From an uncultured delta proteobacterium (GTDB taxonomy: Bacteria > Desulfobacterota > Desulfobacteria > Desulfobacterales > JAHEIW01), in assembly GCA_963706575.1 (NCBI GenBank), contig CAVPNL010000006.1, positions 384,001 to 448,000 on the forward strand: DNA of 64,000 nucleotides, written 5' to 3'. A program made the translations under genes and the position numbers. Shown here one piece after another: positions 1 through 8,038 of this stretch. Every line of letters starts with the position of its first letter. Position 1 is the first letter of the stretch. The notes under the pieces are model-generated. The model was not told the origin of the DNA. It did not search any database and worked only from the letters and a program-made list of their open reading frames with translations.

Positions 1-382
1 ACAGTCTGTCCAGCAGATTGCGGGCCTGTATATACAACGGACGGATTCTTTCAATAGTGTATACGCGATATGCGATTTCGGCCAAAACAGCTGCCTGGTA
101 TCCTGAGCCAGTTCCGATTTCTAGAACCCGGTCATCTTCGCTAAGTTCCAGGGCCTGAGTCATTTCGGCAACGATATAGGGCTGGGAAATGGTTTGTTGT
201 TCGCCAATGGGCAGCGGGTAATCCCCATAGGCCTGGTCTCTTAAAGCTTCACTGACAAACAAATGCCGGGGAACCACATGAAGTGCCTGCAAAACTTTAG
301 GGTCTGTTATTCCACGAGATTCGATCTGGTGCTTGACCATCTCCTCCCGTTGGCGTGTGTATTTTATGGCTTCCTTGTTCAT
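1..382 (-). CDS. pcm: Protein-L-isoaspartate O-methyltransferase (5' part; runs off window start)
   Basis: Manual translation from ATG at 382: [25 protein letters not shown]...VPRHLFV...[25 protein letters not shown]...[17 protein letters not shown]; classic PIMT motifs. Not in ORF track because it is truncated. Confidence 0.95.
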   Translation of the reverse strand, partial: MNKEAIKYTRQREEMVKHQIESRGITDPKVLQALHVVPRHLFVSEALRDQAYGDYPLPIGEQQTISQPYIVAEMTQALELSEDDRVLEIGTGSGYQAAVLAEIAYRVYTIERIRPLYIQARNLLDRL

Positions 383-613
383 GCCTGCTTTTCTACCAAC
401 TCGGCCGGTTCAGGTCAAGATTATCCAGGGGCAGCTTTGATGATTTTTCTCTTTATCGCCAAATACAGGGCGGTTTTGACCGGTCCGGTACATTTTCGCT
501 TCTAAGAAAAAGGCCTTGATCCTTTGATAAAATATTACAATAATCAAACTTATAAACCAAAAAGCAGATAATTTGACGAAGCGGGGATAGGTATTAAATG
601 TCAGGCTACCGGG

Positions 614-1201
614 TCAGATTTTATAAATCACACGATTTTCGGTGATGATGATATCGACATGCTTGTCGTGAGATTCGATGGGGACCTGTGGGACGATTTG
701 GGCTTCAAAGGCAAGGGCAACCTTACGGGTGGTGATGGCGAGTCTGGGTAGGAGCCGGTCATAATACCCTTTTCCGGAACCGATTCTGCCGCCTTTTTCA
801 TCCAGGGCCACTGCCGGAATAATGGCAATGTCAATCTTATCGGTCGGAACGTCCTTGCAGCTGGATTCGTCCGGCTGCAAAATATCACGCGGACCCGGAA
901 GCAGATCTTTTTCAAGATCATCGACTTTTTTCAGCTTCATTTCGAAATTTTCGGTTCTATAGGCCGGCAGGACAACGATTTTATTGTAAACATAGGCACG
1001 CTTGAGGATGTTTTCGGTTAGAACTTCATGCTCATTATTTACATATAAAAGGGTTATTTTTGATTCCAGGAAATTGGCAAAATCAAAGAGTCTGTTTTCA
1101 ATCGCTTTTGTTTTTTCAGCGATTTCTTTAGCCGATAGTCCGGCAAGTTTTTTGGCGATTTCCTCACGAATCTGGCTTTTGGCGATTTGGATTTCCTCCA
1201 T
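614..1201 (-). CDS. 5-formyltetrahydrofolate cyclo-ligase
   Basis: K..IR N-terminal helix, PAVALDEKGGRIGSGKGYYDRLL, P.ESHDKHVDIIITE motifs; likely start MEEIQIAK at 1201. Confidence 0.93.
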   Translation of the reverse strand: MEEIQIAKSQIREEIAKKLAGLSAKEIAEKTKAIENRLFDFANFLESKITLLYVNNEHEVLTENILKRAYVYNKIVVLPAYRTENFEMKLKKVDDLEKDLLPGPRDILQPDESSCKDVPTDKIDIAIIPAVALDEKGGRIGSGKGYYDRLLPRLAITTRKVALAFEAQIVPQVPIESHDKHVDIIITENRVIYKI

Positions 1202-1382
1202 ATGACGACTCCAATGTACGATATTAAATATAATAAGGATAAAAAATGTCGGCAGTGCTAATCGCCAATAATCATTGACTATACCGCCCTGCCATGCTAA
1301 TTGCGCCAGTATTCGATTCTGGCGCCGACCCGTATGGTCGGAATTTTTAGCACCGTTAGAACCTTTTATTATAAGGAAAAAA

Positions 1383-2654
1383 ATGCTGGAAATCAAGTTT
1401 GTTAGACAAAATTTGGAAACTATTCAAAAGGCTCTGGAGGCGCGCGGCCAATCAGCCGATCTGGATGCCTTTAAAACGTGCGACGATAAGCGTCGCGCCA
1501 TATTGCAAGAACTCGAAGCCTTAAGGCATCAGCGTAATGTGGTTTCCGACCAGATTGCGGAAATGAAAAAGGCCGGTAACAATACTGATACCGTTGTCGC
1601 CAAAATGCGTAAGGTGTCATCAAATATTAAAGTGCTGGATAAAGAACTGACCGAAATCCTGGGGACATTCGACCAAATTTTACTGGGATTGCCAAACATC
1701 CCCCATGCGTCTGTGCCGCTGGGCAAGGATGAAACCGATAACCCCGTTATTAAAACGGTAGGTGATCCGCCGAATTTTGATTTTGAACCCAAACCACACT
1801 GGGATGTCGGCGCAACACTTGGCATCCTGGATTTTGAACGCGCGGCTAAAATTGCCGGGGCCCGCTTTCCGCTTTACTTCGGCGCCGGCGCCAGATTGGA
1901 AAGAGCGCTGATCAATTTTATGCTCGATATTCACACCCAGGCCCATGGATATACGGAAATACTGCCGCCCTTTATGGTTAACCGGCAGAGCATGACCCAT
2001 ACCGGACAGTTGCCCAAATTTGAAGAAGACCTTTTTAAGCTAGAGGGTTGGGATTATTTTCTGGTTCCCACTGCTGAGGTTCCGGTGACCAATATTCATC
2101 AGGATGAGGTCCTGGATGAAGCGCAGTTGCCGATTTACTATACCGCGTATACACCCTGCTTTAGATCCGAAGCCGGATCATACGGCAAAGACACCCGTGG
2201 GCTCATTCGCCAGCATCAATTTAACAAAGTTGAGCTGGTCAAATTCACCACCCCGCAAACCTCTTATGACGAACTTGAATCGCTGCTCGACAATGCCGAG
2301 ACCATATTAAGGAAACTTGAACTTCCATACCAGGTCATTGAGCTGTGTAGCGGCGACCTGGGATTTTCAGCCGCAAAAACCTATGATATCGAAGTCTGGA
2401 TGCCGGCTCAGGGGGTTTACCGCGAAATTTCATCCTGCAGCAATTTTGAAAATTTTCAAGCGCGGCGCGGCAATATCCGCTTTAAGAAAAAAGGCAAAAA
2501 AGGCACCGAGCATGTGCATACGCTCAACGGTTCCGGGCTGGCGGTGGGTCGGTGCGTGGCGGCAATCCTTGAAAATTTCCAGCAGGCCGATGGCAGTGTC
2601 CTTATCCCCGATGCCTTGCAAACTTATATGGGTGGACTGGAAAAAATAAAGTAA
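1383..2654 (+). CDS. serS: Serine--tRNA ligase
   Basis: MLEIKFVR start, [53 protein letters not shown]. Confidence 0.98.
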   Translation: MLEIKFVRQNLETIQKALEARGQSADLDAFKTCDDKRRAILQELEALRHQRNVVSDQIAEMKKAGNNTDTVVAKMRKVSSNIKVLDKELTEILGTFDQILLGLPNIPHASVPLGKDETDNPVIKTVGDPPNFDFEPKPHWDVGATLGILDFERAAKIAGARFPLYFGAGARLERALINFMLDIHTQAHGYTEILPPFMVNRQSMTHTGQLPKFEEDLFKLEGWDYFLVPTAEVPVTNIHQDEVLDEAQLPIYYTAYTPCFRSEAGSYGKDTRGLIRQHQFNKVELVKFTTPQTSYDELESLLDNAETILRKLELPYQVIELCSGDLGFSAAKTYDIEVWMPAQGVYREISSCSNFENFQARRGNIRFKKKGKKGTEHVHTLNGSGLAVGRCVAAILENFQQADGSVLIPDALQTYMGGLEKIK

Positions 2655-4156
2655 TGAAGCTGGATGATTTTCCCAAAGAGATTCGAGCTGCAATCCTACC
2701 CCGGCATGCCGGTCGACTGATTTATCGCTGTCTGGGCTGTAGCCGGGAATTCGGGATTGAGGAGCTTATGTACGTTTGCCCGGACTGCGGCCAGGTCCTT
2801 TTACTCCATGATTTGAATTTTAAGCAGTTGAGCCGGATACCGGGCACTCAGTGGCGGCGCATATTCGATTACCGCAAGCTGTTAAACATTCCGGCTCTGA
2901 AGGGTATCTATCGGTATCATGAGTTCATCGGTCCCGTCATACCGCTGGATGCTGCCGTTTATCTGGGTGAAGGCCATACCCCGGTGGTTGAGGCCAATGC
3001 GCTTTTGCAGGAAAAGGTGGGGCTGCGGTTTTATTTTAAGAATGACGGTCAGAACCCCAGTGCCTCTTTTAAAGATCGCGGCATGGCCAGCGCCCTGAGC
3101 TATATCAACATGATGGTGCGCGACGGTAAGGTTTCCGACGTGCTGGCTGTCTGTGCTTCGACCGGAGATACATCGGCTTCCGCCGCAATGTACGCATCTT
3201 ATTTAACGCCCCATATCAAATCCGCAGTGCTGCTGCCCCATAAAAAAGTTACCCCCCAGCAGCTTTCGCAGCCGCTCGGCAGTGGTGCGACCGTTTTTGA
3301 AATTCCCGGCGTTTTTGATGATTGCATGAAGGTGGTCGAGGCGCTGTCGGAAAATTACAATGTCGTGCTTTTAAATTCAAAAAATGCCTGGCGGATTTTG
3401 GGTCAGGAATCATACTGTTATGAAATTGCCCAGGAGTTTGAATATGAGGTGTCGAACATGGTGGTGGTGGTGCCGATTGGCAATGCCGGCAATATTACCG
3501 CCCTAATGAGCGGTTTTATAAAATTTATGGACGCCGGTGTAATCGACGGTCTCCCTAAAATTTTGGGGGTGCAATCCGAACACGCCAATCCTGTATACCG
3601 ATATTATCTGGAGCCGGACCGCAATAAACGCAAATTTATGCCGGTGACCGTAAAACCCAGCGTGGCCCAGGCGGCGATGATCGGCAACCCGGTCTCCATG
3701 CCCCGCGTGATTCATCTGGTGGAAAGATATAATCAGCTGGCCGGCGGGCAGCGGGTTTTCTTTGTTGAGGTCAGCGAACAGGACATCATGGATTGGGAAA
3801 TCATTGCCAACCGCAACGGGCACATCGCCTGCACCCACGGGGGAGAATCACTGGCCGGACTGGTTGAGGCCATTCGCCGCGGTGTTATAGACAAAAATGA
3901 CACCGCCGTCGTTAAATCGACCGCCCATGCGCTCAAATTTAGCGGATTTCAGGAGATGTATTTTGCGCAGCAGTTCCCGCCGGAGTTTAACATTAAGCCT
4001 GAACCGGAACTGATCAATAGGCCTGCATATATTCATCCGAAAGATCTTAAACGCGTACCAGCGCCCGGCAAACCCTTAAACGAAAAGGATTTTAAAATCT
4101 TTATCCGTCGAGTGTCCGAAGAAATTGCGGGTCTTTTGGATCTAAAAAAACGTTAA
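2654..4156 (+). CDS. thrC: Threonine synthase (PLP, N-terminal CxxC..CxxC ribbon)
   Basis: GEGHTP, NPSASFKDRGM, CASTGDTSAS, VPIGNAGNI motifs; TAATG overlap with serS stop. Confidence 0.93.
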   Translation: MKLDDFPKEIRAAILPRHAGRLIYRCLGCSREFGIEELMYVCPDCGQVLLLHDLNFKQLSRIPGTQWRRIFDYRKLLNIPALKGIYRYHEFIGPVIPLDAAVYLGEGHTPVVEANALLQEKVGLRFYFKNDGQNPSASFKDRGMASALSYINMMVRDGKVSDVLAVCASTGDTSASAAMYASYLTPHIKSAVLLPHKKVTPQQLSQPLGSGATVFEIPGVFDDCMKVVEALSENYNVVLLNSKNAWRILGQESYCYEIAQEFEYEVSNMVVVVPIGNAGNITALMSGFIKFMDAGVIDGLPKILGVQSEHANPVYRYYLEPDRNKRKFMPVTVKPSVAQAAMIGNPVSMPRVIHLVERYNQLAGGQRVFFVEVSEQDIMDWEIIANRNGHIACTHGGESLAGLVEAIRRGVIDKNDTAVVKSTAHALKFSGFQEMYFAQQFPPEFNIKPEPELINRPAYIHPKDLKRVPAPGKPLNEKDFKIFIRRVSEEIAGLLDLKKR

Positions 4157-4171
4157 GTGAGGTAAATAATA

Positions 4172-4939
4172 ATGAAACGAAATATTTTAATCTGGATCGG
4201 ATGTACCGTTTTGATGATGGCCTTGGCATCCTGTGTGTCGCAAAATCAGGAGACTAAAGAAAAGGAAGCAAATGCTTACCGGCGAGTAGGCGAAGCTTAT
4301 CTGCAGCAGGGAAATTTTCCGGCCGCCATGAAGGAGCTTAAAAAGGCTGAAGCGAAAATCCCGGATGACCACCTGCTGCAATATGATCTGGGGCTTGTGT
4401 ACTTCCGTCTCGGAAAATTTGACGAGGCCATTGATCACTACAACAGGGCCCTGAAGCTGAGCCCAAATTATGGACCGGCGATGAACGGTCTGGGAAATGC
4501 TTATGCCGGAAAAGAAGATTGGGGTCAGGCAATCTTATATTATAAAAAAGTAATAGAAGACGTTCTCTATGCCACGCCCCATATTGCCTACTCGAATCTG
4601 GGCAATGCCTATTACTACAAGGGCGACCTGGAACGCTCGGAAAAATATTATCTAGCGGCGTTAGATGCCAAGCCTGATTTTATCGCCGCCCTTGCGGGTC
4701 TCTCTGAAACCTATATTGCCACGGGCCGCATACCCGAGGCGGTTGGAAAATTGGAAAAAGCGGTTCGAATAGCCCCGGATTCTGCTGTGCTGCATTTTCA
4801 ACTGGGCAGAGCCTATCAGCTGGCACTGGAGTTTGAAAAGGCCTATCGTTCATATCAGCAGGTCGTTCGGCTGGCTCCGGATTCTGCGCTGGCCGACCAG
4901 GCCGAGAAGGCGGGCAGGGAAGTCAAGAAGCTGTTTTAG
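4172..4939 (+). CDS. TPR lipoprotein, PilF/PilW/Tgl-like type IV pilus pilotin
   Basis: Lipobox LASC, multiple TPRs, 'LYATPHIAYSNLG' PilF-like motif, adjacent to pilQ. Confidence 0.8.
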   Translation: MKRNILIWIGCTVLMMALASCVSQNQETKEKEANAYRRVGEAYLQQGNFPAAMKELKKAEAKIPDDHLLQYDLGLVYFRLGKFDEAIDHYNRALKLSPNYGPAMNGLGNAYAGKEDWGQAILYYKKVIEDVLYATPHIAYSNLGNAYYYKGDLERSEKYYLAALDAKPDFIAALAGLSETYIATGRIPEAVGKLEKAVRIAPDSAVLHFQLGRAYQLALEFEKAYRSYQQVVRLAPDSALADQAEKAGREVKKLF

Positions 4940-4953
4940 GCATTTTTGTTTTT

Positions 4954-5057
4954 ACCACAGAGGGCACAGAGAACACAGAGATTAAATACTTTTCGTGGAG
5001 AAGATTTTAAAATTAATTCCTTTTATTTTTCTCTGTGCGCTCTGCGATCTCTGTGGT
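4954..5057. repeat. Short-period inverted repeat (CACAGAG x3 ... CTCTGTG x3)
   Basis: accacagagggcacagagaacacagag ... ctctgtgcgctctgcgatctctgtggt. Confidence 0.85.
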
Positions 5058-5080
5058 GAAAAAAGTCGTTTGATTTTGGC

Positions 5081-5136
5081 AAAAAAAATGCGAATCCGGT
5101 ATTGGGTTTTACCAAACGTGGATCCGCATTTTTTTT
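5081..5136. terminator. Probable bidirectional intrinsic terminator between the convergent pilotin and pilQ genes
   Basis: A8-tgcgaatcc...ggatccgca-T-run imperfect hairpin. Confidence 0.6.
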
Positions 5137-5191
5137 GGGTGCTATCTTCTGGGTTGCCGAACCGGTGTTGCCGGTGCCGGTTTATTATGAT

Positions 5192-7978
5192 TTAGGACAG
5201 GCTTTTTTGTTCCAGCTGAACGATGCTCGGGGTCAGAAAGATCAATAATTCATTTTTGTCATCGGTTTCCTTCTGATATTTAAACAGCCAGCCCAGGACG
5301 CCCAATTTGCGTAATCCCGGTACGCCCCTTTCTCCCCAGTTAACGGTGGATTTTAAGATGCCGCCAATCACAATCGTGTCGCCGTCATCCACTATGATCT
5401 CGGTATTGGCCTCGTTGGTCGATAAGGCAGGTCCAACGTCTGTCTGCCGGAAAATATCATTCTTGGTGAGGTAGATCTTCACTGAAATCCGATTATCCGG
5501 GGTTACGGTCGGGGTGACCTCGAGCAACAGATCGACATCCCTAAATTTCGTGGTCTCCCTACCGGAAGAATCTCGCTCGACATAAGGTACTTCAAAGCCC
5601 TGCTTTATCTTGGCTTTTTTGTTGTCCAGGGTGACAACTTTGGGTGAGGATATGATGTTGGTTTTGCCTTCGATTTCGGCGGAGGACAGCAGAGCATCAA
5701 GGACGAACGAGGTGCCACTGGTTTTTGTAAGGCTGGTAAAAAATACACCGGTTGGGTTCGCGTCGGCGGGAATCGTATCGGTTAAAAACCTGGTGGGTCC
5801 GAATTCCCAGCTGCTTGTGTAGGGAATATCAAATGTGCCGAGTTCTGCCACTATGTTGACGCCGATTTCTCTTGTAAAATTGGTGTTGGCCTCAACAACA
5901 CGGGCCTCGATAATGACCTGGGGCGTAACCATATCGATCTTTTGCACAATTTGCTTGGCCTGTTGAATTTTTACGGCCGTATCCGTGATGATGACCTGGT
6001 TGTTGCGGGTATCCACATTGGCCTTGCCGCGGCCCTCGGTCAGGATGGCCTGCACATGCGGCAGCACCTCGGTGGTGGCATTGGAATAGCTTATCGGTAG
6101 GTATTCGGTATACAGCGGCTCGAGCGCTACGGCCTGCTGTTGAGCCTGCTCGGACGCTTTTAACTGGGCCTGTATGAGTTTTTCTTCCTGGGCCAGCGTG
6201 GCCAGGGTGGCAATCCGGATGACATCGCCTTTTCTGGTCATGCCAAGCTGGTTCATTTTCAACACCAGGTCCAGGACCTGGTCCCAGGGAGCCGGTTTTT
6301 CAAGGGTGAGGGTGACCTTGCCGGTGACATTTTTGTCGATCGCAAAATTTTTACCGCTGATTTCTCGCAGGATGCGAAAGACGTTTCTGATATCGGTATC
6401 AAAGAAATCAAGGGCGATTTTTTCCCCGGTGTATTCTTTTCCCTGCATCTGGGCCGCCAAACGCTCTTCAGCGGTTTGGGCTTCGGCTGCTTTTTGAACC
6501 GGCAACTTGTCCCCCGCCTTTTCCGCCGGCGCTTGGGCCCGGGCGATTTTGTCTTTTTCGGCTTTCTCCGCAGGCGCTACAGCCGCCTCGGCCAGAACTT
6601 TTTTCCACTCCGGCAGATCGGCATCTTCGTACGGCTTCGGAGGGATGGAAGAAGCCGCAAAGTTGACCCGCAACTCAGTGTCATCTTGTTTGATGGTATA
6701 GGCAACCGCTTCACGCAGTTCGATAGTGAACAGCGAATCGCCTTTCATTTCGGCAGTCTGGATCGGCGTTACCCGGTCCACCGCGCTTTCAAAGCGGGTG
6801 GTGATCAGGGCCCGCTTGCGATATTCGGGCAGGCTGGTATTAAACAGCTTCAGTTGCAGCCGCTTGGCAGCCACTTTTTTAAGATCATATTTGATCGCAA
6901 CCGTGGTGCCGATGATCAGTGATGATTTGCCGGCTTCCTCACTTGAAAAATCAATGCGATTCACCCAGGCCGGCTTTCCCGATACAGCCACGGTGGTCTT
7001 AGCGGGTGTGGTTTTCGGTGCTTGTTTTGCGGCTGCCGCGGGTTTGGAAGGTTTTTGCGCCACCGTCTCTTTTTCTTTTTCGCTGACGGCTGCCTTGGGA
7101 CTTTGCTGCGTAGGTGTTTGCGGCACTTTGCCGATATGAATCATCAACCCGTTGGCCGTGGGTGAAGCCGAATATTTTGCCAGAGACGCTTTGGAAGTAT
7201 CGAGCACCAGCCGAACTTTTTGCGGATAACCAAAATGGCGAACCTGGTTGACCCAAGGAGATTTAACCGCCAGGCGCTGCTCTTTTTTAAACGGGCTTTT
7301 AAGCTTGAACATGTCAATTACAATGCGGGGCTGATTGCCGTCTATGGTAAAGGATTTATAATCTTTGATGGCCCCATCGGCCTTAACATTGACGACCACG
7401 TTGTCTTTTAATGGTGTGGCCGTAACCGATTTTAATTGACTGGCGGCCGGAAGATCTTTTACAGACGGCTGCGGTGCAGGTTGAGGTTCAGGTAATTTTT
7501 TTACCACCGGCGCCGGGGGTGCGGCTGCGCTGGCAGCGGCTTTTGGAAATGACACCTGCAGTCCTGAATCCTGAGGATTGAGGTCATAGGGCGCATCGGC
7601 TTTCATTGCAATGAAAATGCGCGAGGTGGTCGATTCGCCTTCGACAAGTTCGGTAGCTTTTACCGAACCGATGATTTCATTTTGCGGCGGCGTCGCTACG
7701 GTCTCATCGGTGGCCAGGGAGGTTTGCGGGAAATGAAACAGCACACCCATGGGAAACACCTGTTTAATCGCCGTATAGGTTAACGTTTGGTTTCCATCGA
7801 TGGTGACAATCACCGAATCAGCGGTCACCTCGGTGCTAATGCCGGTAATGCGCTTGGCCCCCGCGGCTTTTCCATCGGCAGCCTTGTTGGAGGCGCATCC
7901 GCCAAACCATGCCATTACTGCAAACAGCAAAATGATCAGTAAGAAAAATCTTCGTCGAATGGTAAGTGGATTCATCAT
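5192..7978 (-). CDS. pilQ: Type IV pilus secretin PilQ, downstream copy
   Basis: Lipoprotein-like signal (FGGC), AMIN-like repeats, YTGEKIALDF N0 motif, PQVIIEARVVEA, secretin domain with GLRKLGVLGWLFK and ELLIFLTP. Confidence 0.95.
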   Translation of the reverse strand: MMNPLTIRRRFFLLIILLFAVMAWFGGCASNKAADGKAAGAKRITGISTEVTADSVIVTIDGNQTLTYTAIKQVFPMGVLFHFPQTSLATDETVATPPQNEIIGSVKATELVEGESTTSRIFIAMKADAPYDLNPQDSGLQVSFPKAAASAAAPPAPVVKKLPEPQPAPQPSVKDLPAASQLKSVTATPLKDNVVVNVKADGAIKDYKSFTIDGNQPRIVIDMFKLKSPFKKEQRLAVKSPWVNQVRHFGYPQKVRLVLDTSKASLAKYSASPTANGLMIHIGKVPQTPTQQSPKAAVSEKEKETVAQKPSKPAAAAKQAPKTTPAKTTVAVSGKPAWVNRIDFSSEEAGKSSLIIGTTVAIKYDLKKVAAKRLQLKLFNTSLPEYRKRALITTRFESAVDRVTPIQTAEMKGDSLFTIELREAVAYTIKQDDTELRVNFAASSIPPKPYEDADLPEWKKVLAEAAVAPAEKAEKDKIARAQAPAEKAGDKLPVQKAAEAQTAEERLAAQMQGKEYTGEKIALDFFDTDIRNVFRILREISGKNFAIDKNVTGKVTLTLEKPAPWDQVLDLVLKMNQLGMTRKGDVIRIATLATLAQEEKLIQAQLKASEQAQQQAVALEPLYTEYLPISYSNATTEVLPHVQAILTEGRGKANVDTRNNQVIITDTAVKIQQAKQIVQKIDMVTPQVIIEARVVEANTNFTREIGVNIVAELGTFDIPYTSSWEFGPTRFLTDTIPADANPTGVFFTSLTKTSGTSFVLDALLSSAEIEGKTNIISSPKVVTLDNKKAKIKQGFEVPYVERDSSGRETTKFRDVDLLLEVTPTVTPDNRISVKIYLTKNDIFRQTDVGPALSTNEANTEIIVDDGDTIVIGGILKSTVNWGERGVPGLRKLGVLGWLFKYQKETDDKNELLIFLTPSIVQLEQKSLS
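6414..7976. repeat. ~1.56 kb direct repeat, apparently identical to 9282..10844
   Basis: Constant offset of 2868 bp; identical antisense ORFs in the track (6476/9344, 6507/9375, 6726/9594, 7220/10088). Confidence 0.93.
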
Positions 7979-8038
7979 TTTTATTAATTCTCCAGGAGGC
8001 TTCAGGGAAGCCGCACTTGGTTCCAGGCGTAACGGTTA

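Noticed and set aside
1202..1382. 6S RNA upstream of the 5-formyl-THF cyclo-ligase
   Set aside because: The 180-bp gap must hold two divergent promoters, and no long 6S-like rod is evident; an Rfam scan would settle it.
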